Assembly: GCA_009839425.1 (NCBI GenBank)
Contig: VXPS01000264.1
Coordinates: 1-38,118, forward strand
Direction: 5' to 3'
Source: Chloroflexota bacterium
Lineage (GTDB): Bacteria > Chloroflexota > UBA11872
DNA: 38,118 nt
The notes beneath the pieces were generated by a model, which saw only the letters and a program-made list of their open reading frames with translations, was not told the DNA's origin and made no database searches. This document shows positions 1 to 7,169 of this stretch, piece by piece. The translations under genes and the position numbers were made by a program. Position 1 is the stretch's first letter. The number at the start of each line of letters is the position of its first letter.

Positions 1-2
1 CG

Positions 3-170
3 TTGGCGCCGTCCGAAGTCGACGACCTGCTGTTTGAGGTTGGCTTGAGCCAGTTCCTGGCCGACGACATCGTGCTTTCGACCGAATCGCGCCGAATGAC
101 CCTCGAGTTCGCCCGGCTGGCGCGAATCCGCGACCGGCATAGCCGCCAGGGCACGGGCCTCGCCGACTAG
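3..170 (+). CDS. 3' end of an unidentified protein (truncated by window edge)
   Basis: Frame 3 is open from the edge (LAPSEVDDLLFEVGLSQFLADDIVLSTESRRMTLEFARLARIRDRHSRQGTGLAD) to TAG 168-170 with coding-like codon usage. Confidence 0.5.
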   Translation: MAPSEVDDLLFEVGLSQFLADDIVLSTESRRMTLEFARLARIRDRHSRQGTGLAD

Positions 171-247
171 CGCATCAATTCGGACAACCCCTGGGCTTCC
201 AGGAGATCCGCCTTTTTTGGATCGCGGAATCGACGGGTCGCCAGCGG

Positions 248-2122
248 TTAGCTGCTCACCACGACGCCGACGGCTATTGAAGTCGCGTTGTTCGTGGGCA
301 GTCCCTGGACGGCCGTGAACGCCGTCCACGTGGACCCGTCAAAGCGCCCCACCCCACCGTCAGTCGCCACCCAGATGTGACCCTGGCTGTCCTCGGCCAG
401 CGCGCGGACGCTGTTTGAGGGGAGGCCCGCGTTCACGACATTGGCCGTCGAGAACTCGTTGTCCCGGAACCAACTCACGCCTCCGGCGGTCGCGACCCAA
501 ACCGTTCCATCACTGGCGACCAGGATGTCTCGAACGTTGTTGCTCGCGAGCCCTTCACCGGTGTCGAAATGGTCCCACGCCAGCGGGTTGAGGGTCCGCG
601 AGACACCGGCGTTGCTCGTGCCGAACCACAAGGCCCCGTCCGGGTCCGCTTCGACGGCGGTGATGTCGTTGCTGGCAATCCCCGACGTATCGGTGTTGTA
701 GAAAAACCAGGTGTCGGCGCCTTCGTCGTACAGCGCGACACCCTTGTCGGTGGCAAACGACAGGCCGCCTTCAGTTCCCGTTACCGCGCGTACCTGCCGC
801 ACGTCGGAGCTTGGAAGGCTGGTGTTGTCCGAGCGCACCCGTTCCCAGGTTTGGCCGTCGAAGCGGCTGGCGCCCTGGCGCGGGTGGGTCATCCACAGGA
901 CGTCGTTAACCTGACGCCCGGTCAGAGACGTGACGCTGTCGGACCCGATTCCGTTTTTCGTGCTTGCGCGATCGAAAACCGCGCCGTGTCCATTTCGGTT
1001 CAGTCGGAAGAGGCCGGCATTGGTCCCGGCCCAAATCTGGCCGTCCCTGTCCACCAGCACGGCCTGGACCCGGTTGGTGTTGAGCACCGAGCGGTCCTTG
1101 TCGAGCTGGCGCCAGTTGACGCCGTCGTAGAGCAGGACGCCGCCGTCCGCCGTCCCGACGACGATCAACTCTCCCGTCACACTCAGCGTGCCAGGCGTGG
1201 CCGCTGGCGTGGGGCTCACGGCCGGAGCGGGACTCGCCGTCGGGGCGGGAGTCGGCGCCGGGGTGGGCGTGGGTGGCGTGTAGTCGACGATCTGCGGGGT
1301 GTAGGCCTGCCCGGCCGTTATCGCCGTGGCAACGTTGAAGGCGCCGAAGCTCCGCCAGGCGCCTCCCGGATACCGCTGGTCGCGCAAGTCGTCGCCCAGG
1401 AGCCGCAGCTTCACCGGGTCCTGCAGATCCAGCGGGTGGTGCTCAATCACGGCCGCCTGGAAGTACTGGCGGACGAATCCGGGGGTCGCCGCCGCGATAT
1501 GCACGGTACCGGGCAAGTTTGTATCGACTCGCGCCTCGGTCTTGGGGAAGCCAAACGCCTGCACGCCACCGAACGCGTTGAAGTAGTCGAGGAAGCCGGT
1601 ACGTACGCCTCCCACCGAGAAGTTGGAGACCTTGTGGTTCCATGGCCCGAGTTGTTCGCCGCTGTTGTGGTTGACCGTTCCTGGTTCCACGCCGAGATCC
1701 GGGCTGCCGCCAGCCCCTCCGCCGAAATAGTCCCAGGTGAGCCGACGCTCCAGGACGTAGATGTCGCCCAGGTCGGGCCGCCGGTGAAAGTCGACGACTC
1801 CCCGCTGGTAGTACTGCGTCAGCGAGCCGCTCTCCTCGATGAGGACTTCGGACGTGGCGAATCCCCAGCGCTGCAGGCCCCCGGTGCGTTCGTAGAAGTC
1901 CTGGAAGTCGGCGGTCAGCGTTTGCGTGCCCACGGTCACGCTCAGTCGCGGGATGTTGTGCCGGAGCGTCGGGTTATCCGGTGCGCTGAGGAAGGTGTTG
2001 TCCAGAACCGTGATTGGCCCAAAGTTCGAGGTGACTTGGGCGGTCAGGGTCGCTGGGCCAAGGGCCAAAGCCACCAACAATGCGATGGCCGCTATTCCGA
2101 GTGTGACGCGTACGCGGGTCAG
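248..2122 (-). CDS. Secreted/surface protein: signal peptide, two LGFP-like repeats, P/T/A linker, C-terminal two-component-regulator-type beta-propeller
   Basis: Repeats FQDFYERTGGLQRWGFATSE...QYYQRG and FLDYFNAFGGVQAFGFPKTE...QYFQAA; propeller repeats (L/I)xSNxVxxxxxDxxGxxWxxTxxG. Start extended from 2080 to an in-frame CTG at 2122, 8 nt after GAAGGAAGGG. Confidence 0.75.
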   Translation of the reverse strand: MTRVRVTLGIAAIALLVALALGPATLTAQVTSNFGPITVLDNTFLSAPDNPTLRHNIPRLSVTVGTQTLTADFQDFYERTGGLQRWGFATSEVLIEESGSLTQYYQRGVVDFHRRPDLGDIYVLERRLTWDYFGGGAGGSPDLGVEPGTVNHNSGEQLGPWNHKVSNFSVGGVRTGFLDYFNAFGGVQAFGFPKTEARVDTNLPGTVHIAAATPGFVRQYFQAAVIEHHPLDLQDPVKLRLLGDDLRDQRYPGGAWRSFGAFNVATAITAGQAYTPQIVDYTPPTPTPAPTPAPTASPAPAVSPTPAATPGTLSVTGELIVVGTADGGVLLYDGVNWRQLDKDRSVLNTNRVQAVLVDRDGQIWAGTNAGLFRLNRNGHGAVFDRASTKNGIGSDSVTSLTGRQVNDVLWMTHPRQGASRFDGQTWERVRSDNTSLPSSDVRQVRAVTGTEGGLSFATDKGVALYDEGADTWFFYNTDTSGIASNDITAVEADPDGALWFGTSNAGVSRTLNPLAWDHFDTGEGLASNNVRDILVASDGTVWVATAGGVSWFRDNEFSTANVVNAGLPSNSVRALAEDSQGHIWVATDGGVGRFDGSTWTAFTAVQGLPTNNATSIAVGVVVSS

Positions 2123-2249
2123 GTCCTCGACCCTTCCTTCGTCGCTACGGACGGTTCCGTAATCGCCGCACCCGCCGAGGGCACGCAGCGCCGGCGCCGC
2201 CTCAACCGGGCAGGATTATATGTAACAGCCTGCGCGCCGCCACCGGTTG

Positions 2250-2507
2250 CTAGCCGGTCGCCAGCCCAACGACGATGACGACCAGCGTCAGACCGAAGCC
2301 CAGGGCCGCGCTGAGCAGCAGGTCGCGGCGCAGGTAGGGCAACGAGGGCAACGAGACCGCGCGGCGGCTTACAGAAACCGCCGGAGCGGGTGTGTCCGTG
2401 GCGGTGACGGGCCGGGGCTGAGCCTCGGCTGAAGGTGTCGGCCGCCGGGTGGCGGGCCGGATTGGCGTGCGTCGCCGTCGTCGGGTGGACCGGCGGCGGT
2501 TAGCCAT
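2250..2507 (-). CDS. Small protein with Arg-rich N-terminus and C-terminal transmembrane helix
   Basis: Start overlaps the rhomboid stop by 8 nt, GGAGA upstream, hydrophobic C-terminus LLLSAALGFGLTLVVIVVGLA. Confidence 0.6.
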   Translation of the reverse strand: MANRRRSTRRRRRTPIRPATRRPTPSAEAQPRPVTATDTPAPAVSVSRRAVSLPSLPYLRRDLLLSAALGFGLTLVVIVVGLATG

Positions 2508-3195
2508 GCGTCTCTCCCTGACCGTCGTAACGCGACCCCGCGACCCCTGGCGCGCGGGGCCCAGCCCCGCCCAGCCTGGCTATCCGGCGCCGCCGAATCT
2601 CCCAGCGCACAAACAATCCTCCCACGACGCCCACGGCAAACCCCGCGAGGTGAGCTTGCCATGCGACGTCCGGGTCCAGGAGTTGCGGCGCCCTCGCCAC
2701 GGCCCCGATGATCTGGACCGACAGCCACAACCCGCCGGCAATCAGCCCGCCCCACCCGCCGACGGTCACTACACCGATCAGCCCGGCTACCCCGGCGCTG
2801 GCCCCGATGGTGGGGACGATAGATCCGCTGTTCATCAGCACGTGGAAGGCCCCGCCCAGAATGACGGCGGCCGTCCAAAGCGCGGCAAACCGCCATGCGC
2901 CAACCGCGCGCTCCACCATCGACCCAAGCACCGCGATGAAGGCCAGATTGACGGCCAGATGCCCCGGGTTGCCGTGGAGGAACGAGGAACTCAGCAGCGT
3001 CAGCGCGTACGGCGTCGGCGCGCCGGGAAGGGAAAACCGCTCACCCTGCGCGAGCACTGCGGGGATCAGCCCGAAGCGGACGATCCATTCCTGCCCGGCC
3101 GGGCCCTGGGCGGCCTGGAGCAGGAAGACCGTGGCGTTGGCCACCAGCAAGACGCCGGTTACTCGACCGGGCCGCCAATGTTTCACGTGAAACAT
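2500..3195 (-). CDS. Rhomboid family intramembrane serine protease
   Basis: FLHGNPGHLAVN (HxxxxHxxxN), GASAG catalytic Ser, AHLAG catalytic His, multiple TM segments. Confidence 0.92.
   Translation of the reverse strand: MFHVKHWRPGRVTGVLLVANATVFLLQAAQGPAGQEWIVRFGLIPAVLAQGERFSLPGAPTPYALTLLSSSFLHGNPGHLAVNLAFIAVLGSMVERAVGAWRFAALWTAAVILGGAFHVLMNSGSIVPTIGASAGVAGLIGVVTVGGWGGLIAGGLWLSVQIIGAVARAPQLLDPDVAWQAHLAGFAVGVVGGLFVRWEIRRRRIARLGGAGPRAPGVAGSRYDGQGETHG
3179..3194. promoter_or_regulatory. parS: parS centromere site (perfect consensus)
   Basis: TGTTTCACGTGAAACA, extending to the 20-bp palindrome AATGTTTCACGTGAAACATT (3177-3196), directly after the parB stop. Confidence 0.95.
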
Positions 3196-4041
3196 TCACT
3201 CCGGCAAGAGGACGCTCAGCAAGGCGTCGAGGTCCTCCGGGTCTCGGTATTCGATTTGGATGCGTCCGCGCTTCCGGGTTCCCACGAAGCGAACGCGCGT
3301 GCCCAACCGCCACTGCAGGCGCTCGGCGACGTGCTCTAATTCCACATCGGGCGGCCGCGGCGAGGTAAGCATGCGCCGGGCCGCACGTTCAGCCTGACGC
3401 AGGTTCAGGCGGCCAGTGAGCATTCGCAGGAACAGCCGGTGTCGTGTCACGGGGTCGGCGATGCCCACCAGCGTGCGGCCGTGACTCTCCGTAATGCGGC
3501 CTTCCGCCAACGCCTGCCGCATTTCCGCGTTGAGCTTCTGGAGCCGCAGGGTGTTCGCAACCGTCGAGCGACTGACGCCGACGATGTCGGCGACCTTCGC
3601 CTGCGTCAGGCCGAAGTCGTCAATCAGCGCCTGGTAGGCATCCGCTCGTTCCATGGGCCCCAGGTCGCTGCGCTGCATGTTCTCCACGAGCGCCAGCTCG
3701 GCTCGCCGTTGAGCGTCAGCGGCGATGACGGTGACCGGCGCCTCCGAAAGGCCCGCCTTCCGGGCCGCACGCCAGCGGCGTTCGCCGGCAACCAGGACAA
3801 ACCGTCCGGGCCGGGTGGTTGCCGGTGTAACGAGTAGTGGCTGGAGTACGCCGTGCCGGCGGATTGACTCCGCCAGCGCCGCCTCTTCCTCGGGATCGAA
3901 CCGACGGCGCGGCTGCTGCGGATTGGGTTCGATGTGGTCCAACGGAATCGAGCGCCGGTCGCTTGGTAGGGCTACGCCGGGATCGCTCGCATCGCGACCC
4001 ACGGCCCTCAGCGAAAGGGTCACCGACGATCCCCGGCTCAC
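3196..4041 (-). CDS. parB: Chromosome partitioning protein ParB/Spo0J
   Basis: PNPQQPRRRF, GVLQPLLV, GERRWRA (CTP-binding Arg patch), VENMQRSDL, HTH LTQAKVADIVGVSRSTVANTLRL, C-terminal GRIQIEY dimerisation region. Confidence 0.95.
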   Translation of the reverse strand: MSRGSSVTLSLRAVGRDASDPGVALPSDRRSIPLDHIEPNPQQPRRRFDPEEEAALAESIRRHGVLQPLLVTPATTRPGRFVLVAGERRWRAARKAGLSEAPVTVIAADAQRRAELALVENMQRSDLGPMERADAYQALIDDFGLTQAKVADIVGVSRSTVANTLRLQKLNAEMRQALAEGRITESHGRTLVGIADPVTRHRLFLRMLTGRLNLRQAERAARRMLTSPRPPDVELEHVAERLQWRLGTRVRFVGTRKRGRIQIEYRDPEDLDALLSVLLPE

Positions 4042-4270
4042 GACCTGTATACGATCAGATTACTGCATCCAAGGGGCTTTGTCCAGATCTCTGACCCGGG
4101 TCTCCAACACGCCGCCCCGGATACCCACTGCACGTGTGCTCTCTCGCGCCAGCCGCATGTGCCGAGAGCGCGAGGTCTCCCTGGTGGCTTACGGATCGCC
4201 TGCGATACCACGGAATCCCTCGCCTACCGCTCTGGCGGGATGCTTGATCGTGGTTATCCCGTGACTCAGA

Positions 4271-4524
4271 GATCATATAAAGAACCTAAGAATAATCTTA
4301 ATAACCGCGTGAAGTGTGTGGAGAGAGTGGCGGACGCTCAGCGAGGCCTTCTGATGGCGAGGTCGCGCGCGGATCCGGGGCTGACGGCCGGGCTGTGGGT
4401 TGGCCGGGTGCGACGGTGGATACGTACGAGGGTTAGCCGCGGTCGGCGAGGCGGGAGCCCCAGACAAGTCGTCTGTATCCACAGCGAGGGCTAGTTGTCC
4501 ACACAGGACGGCTAGTTATCCACA
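4271..4524. other. oriC: Probable chromosomal replication origin (oriC)
   Basis: Non-coding region downstream of dnaA. DnaA boxes TTATCCACA (4516-4524), TTGTCCACA (4495-4503), GTATCCACA (4475-4483); weaker reverse boxes 4415-4423 and 4317-4325; AT-rich tract 4271-4304. Confidence 0.85.
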
Positions 4525-4532
4525 AAGAGGCG

Positions 4533-5897
4533 TCAGGAGCCGTCGGCCAGGTGCGCGCGGATCGCCTCGATATCGGCCTTGAGCTGGTCCTCAAGCTTCA
4601 GCCGGCGCTCGATCTTGGCGCAGCCGTGCAGCACCGTGGTGTGGTCGCGCCCGCCAAGGACGCGCCCGATTTCCGGCAGCGTTTCCCGGCCGTCGTTGCG
4701 CATGAGGTACATGGCGACTTGCCGCACCCCGGCCGTGCGGGCGTCGCGTCGCTTGCTCAGCAGGTCGTCTTGCGGGACGTCGAAGTGACGGGAGGTAGCC
4801 GCGAGGATCGCGTCCGTGGCCGGCGGGCGGGCCGCCGCCGCCCGGCCGAGTCCCGAGAGCGCCTGCTCGGCGGTGGACGGCTGCAGGTCGAGCCCGTGCA
4901 ACTCGGCGTAAATCAGGGTGCGGGTCAGCGCGCCTTCCAGTTCCCGCACGTTGCGGGTGATCCGGTCGGCCAGAAAGTCCACCACATCGTCCGGCACCCG
5001 CGTGCCGGCGGCGGCGGCCTGCTGGTGCAGGATCATGCGGCGCAGGTCCAGGTCGGGCGCTTGAACGTCGGCGACGAGGCCGACTTCAAAGCGGCTGCGC
5101 AGGCGGGCTTCCAGGCGCGCGATCTCGCGCGGCGGGCGATCGCTCGTGAGCACGATCTGCCCGCCCGCCTCGTAGATGGCGTTGAACGTGTGGAACAGGG
5201 CCTCCTGCGAGGCCTCGGTGCGCGAGAGAAACTCAACGTCATCGACCATCAGGAGGTCAACGGCCCGGTAGCGCTCGCGAAAGCGACGGAGCCGCTCGCC
5301 CTGGCCCTCGGTGCGGATGGCATAGAGCAGGTCGTTGACGAACGTCTCGCAGGGGACATACCGCAGGCGGGTGTCCGGGCGGCGGGCCAGGATGGCGTGG
5401 CCAATGGCGTGCAGCAGATGGGTCTTGCCCAGTCCGACCCCGCTGTAGAGAAAGAGCGGGTTGTATACGCTGCCCGGCCGCTCGCTCACCCGCAGCGCCG
5501 CTGCGTGCGCCAGGCGGTTGGATGAGCCGACGACGAAGCGCTCAAAGGTGTAGCGGGGGTTGAGGCGGACATCGGAGGTTCCGGCGGCACGCGGCGCTGG
5601 CACGGGCTCTGGCGGGGCATCCGCCAGCCAGCTCGGTGGAGCGGCCGGTGGCTCGGCCTGCACGACAAACGTAACGTCAACGTCACCGCCGTGCGCCGTC
5701 GCTACCGCGCGCGCGACCAGCTCGCGGTAACGCCGCGTCACAATCTCCTTGGCAAATACGGTGGGGACCGCTACAACGATCTCGCGCCCACCGGCACGGA
5801 CAAACTTTGCATCTCGAAACCAGGCTGCGAAATCCGCCTTGGGCACCTCAACTTGCAGCGCGCCGAGGGCCGCTTCCCACGTTCGTTGGCTCAGCAT
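4533..5897 (-). CDS. dnaA: Chromosomal replication initiator DnaA
   Basis: LNPRYTFERFVVGSSN, YNPLFLYSGVGLGKTHL (Walker A), LLMVDD (Walker B), RLRSRF, NVRELEGAL, domain IV GGRDHTTVLHG. Confidence 0.98.
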   Translation of the reverse strand: MLSQRTWEAALGALQVEVPKADFAAWFRDAKFVRAGGREIVVAVPTVFAKEIVTRRYRELVARAVATAHGGDVDVTFVVQAEPPAAPPSWLADAPPEPVPAPRAAGTSDVRLNPRYTFERFVVGSSNRLAHAAALRVSERPGSVYNPLFLYSGVGLGKTHLLHAIGHAILARRPDTRLRYVPCETFVNDLLYAIRTEGQGERLRRFRERYRAVDLLMVDDVEFLSRTEASQEALFHTFNAIYEAGGQIVLTSDRPPREIARLEARLRSRFEVGLVADVQAPDLDLRRMILHQQAAAAGTRVPDDVVDFLADRITRNVRELEGALTRTLIYAELHGLDLQPSTAEQALSGLGRAAAARPPATDAILAATSRHFDVPQDDLLSKRRDARTAGVRQVAMYLMRNDGRETLPEIGRVLGGRDHTTVLHGCAKIERRLKLEDQLKADIEAIRAHLADGS

Positions 5898-6359
5898 CCC
5901 ATCCCCGGTACCCGCACCGCGCCTCTGATGCGGGATGGAGAGGCTAGCAAACGGCCTGCACGAAGCCGAAGCCCCGCATATCTGTTAAAAAAGGAACAGT
6001 TGGCACGCTTAGGCTTATCTCAGTCACGAATTGGGCCGCGTGGAGGCTGGTCGCTCGCCTTGCCGACCTGAACCCGCCGCGGCTACTTCAAGACCCCATC
6101 GTCGACGATCCGAGGCTCTCGTTACGCGCGACAAGCCAAAGCGCGTTGACTTGAATTGCAGTTAATCGGTGCGGGGCTGGTTCGGCGGGTTCTCGGCACG
6201 TGTGGCATGGCTCCAAACCTGTAAATAACGCACCGTTGCGAACCTGCGATTATCCAAGTAACAGATCGCGCCCCTCGCCGACGCGCAAATTGTGAGCGAG
6301 GACTAGAATTGGGCCTACGGCACGTCGCCTTGCGGGCCCAGACAGGGGGAGCGAGTCCG

Positions 6360-6515
6360 ATGCGGTTCATCACCGGAGTTCTGGCCACCATCGGTCTGGC
6401 GGTCGTGCTGATCATCGTCGTGGCGGTGGGAGTCTTTGCCTACGACGAGGCCAAGCGGCGCCTAGTGGGCGACGAGTTCGCGCCGGAGCCGCCAACCGAA
6501 GGGTCCGGCGCCTAG
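6360..6515 (+). CDS. Small single-pass membrane protein (51 aa)
   Basis: ATG 6360 after GGGGGAG; MRFITGVLATIGLAVVLIIVVAVGVFAY followed by an acidic/Pro tail. Confidence 0.6.
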   Translation: MRFITGVLATIGLAVVLIIVVAVGVFAYDEAKRRLVGDEFAPEPPTEGSGA

Positions 6516-6518
6516 CGG

Positions 6519-7169
6519 CTAGTGGTTCAGCCACCCCAACAGTTGCAGACCGGCCACCCCGGCCCAGGCGAAGGCAAGGTTTTTGATCACCAAGCCAGGC
6601 CACGACGCCAGAACGAAACGCGCCAGTCCGATCCGGGTGGCGCCGGCGATCATGCCGGCCACGTCGAAGAAGGGGTTGGGGATCGCGGCCATGACGAACA
6701 AGGTCAGCACGCCGTAGCGGGCCATCCAGCCGCTGAGACGGGCGTAGCCCTTTACGTGGCTCAGCGCGCCCTTGCCGGACCACCCCACGTAATAGCCGCC
6801 AAGTTCGCCCACCATCTGGCCGGTGGCGGCGACCAGACCAACCGCCCAAATGCTGTCCAGGGCGGCGGCAAAGGCGCCCACGCTCACGGCCGCGGGCGCC
6901 GGCAGGATCAGGGTGGCGGCGCCGACGGCGGTAATGACGAACACCGCCGCGTAACCCGCGCCCGCCAGCCGGTCGCGCAGGACATCCGCGTAGACCACCG
7001 CGAGAATCGCGATGGCGAACACGCCCAGCAGGCCGAGCACCTGCGCCGCAAGTCGCCAGCGGGACCGGGGCGCCGGCGGGTCGTCCACCGTCCCGGCGGC
7101 GTCACGCGAGGCGTAGCCTTGAGGGGATGCAGATTGGAGGGCGCCGGGCGCCTGTTCGGACTCAGCCAT
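6519..7169 (-). CDS. VTT-domain (DedA/TVP38/SNARE-associated) membrane protein
   Basis: LILPAP, GQMVGELGGYYVG, AIPNPFFDVAGMIAGAT motifs. Start re-called at ATG 7169 because the longer ORF runs antisense into the PBP gene. Confidence 0.85.
   Translation of the reverse strand: MAESEQAPGALQSASPQGYASRDAAGTVDDPPAPRSRWRLAAQVLGLLGVFAIAILAVVYADVLRDRLAGAGYAAVFVITAVGAATLILPAPAAVSVGAFAAALDSIWAVGLVAATGQMVGELGGYYVGWSGKGALSHVKGYARLSGWMARYGVLTLFVMAAIPNPFFDVAGMIAGATRIGLARFVLASWPGLVIKNLAFAWAGVAGLQLLGWLNH

Noticed and set aside
569-2278. Long shadow ORFs (also 4551-5525, 8863-9957, 16063-17427, 28370-29572, 34089-35591)
   Set aside because: Antisense or off-frame to motif-supported genes; expected in high-GC DNA. 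Only a short part of 16063-17427 is the pspC remnant.
6288-6298. AATTGTGAGCG, identical to the left half of the lac operator
   Set aside because: The right half is absent and there is no vector or lac context; probably chance.
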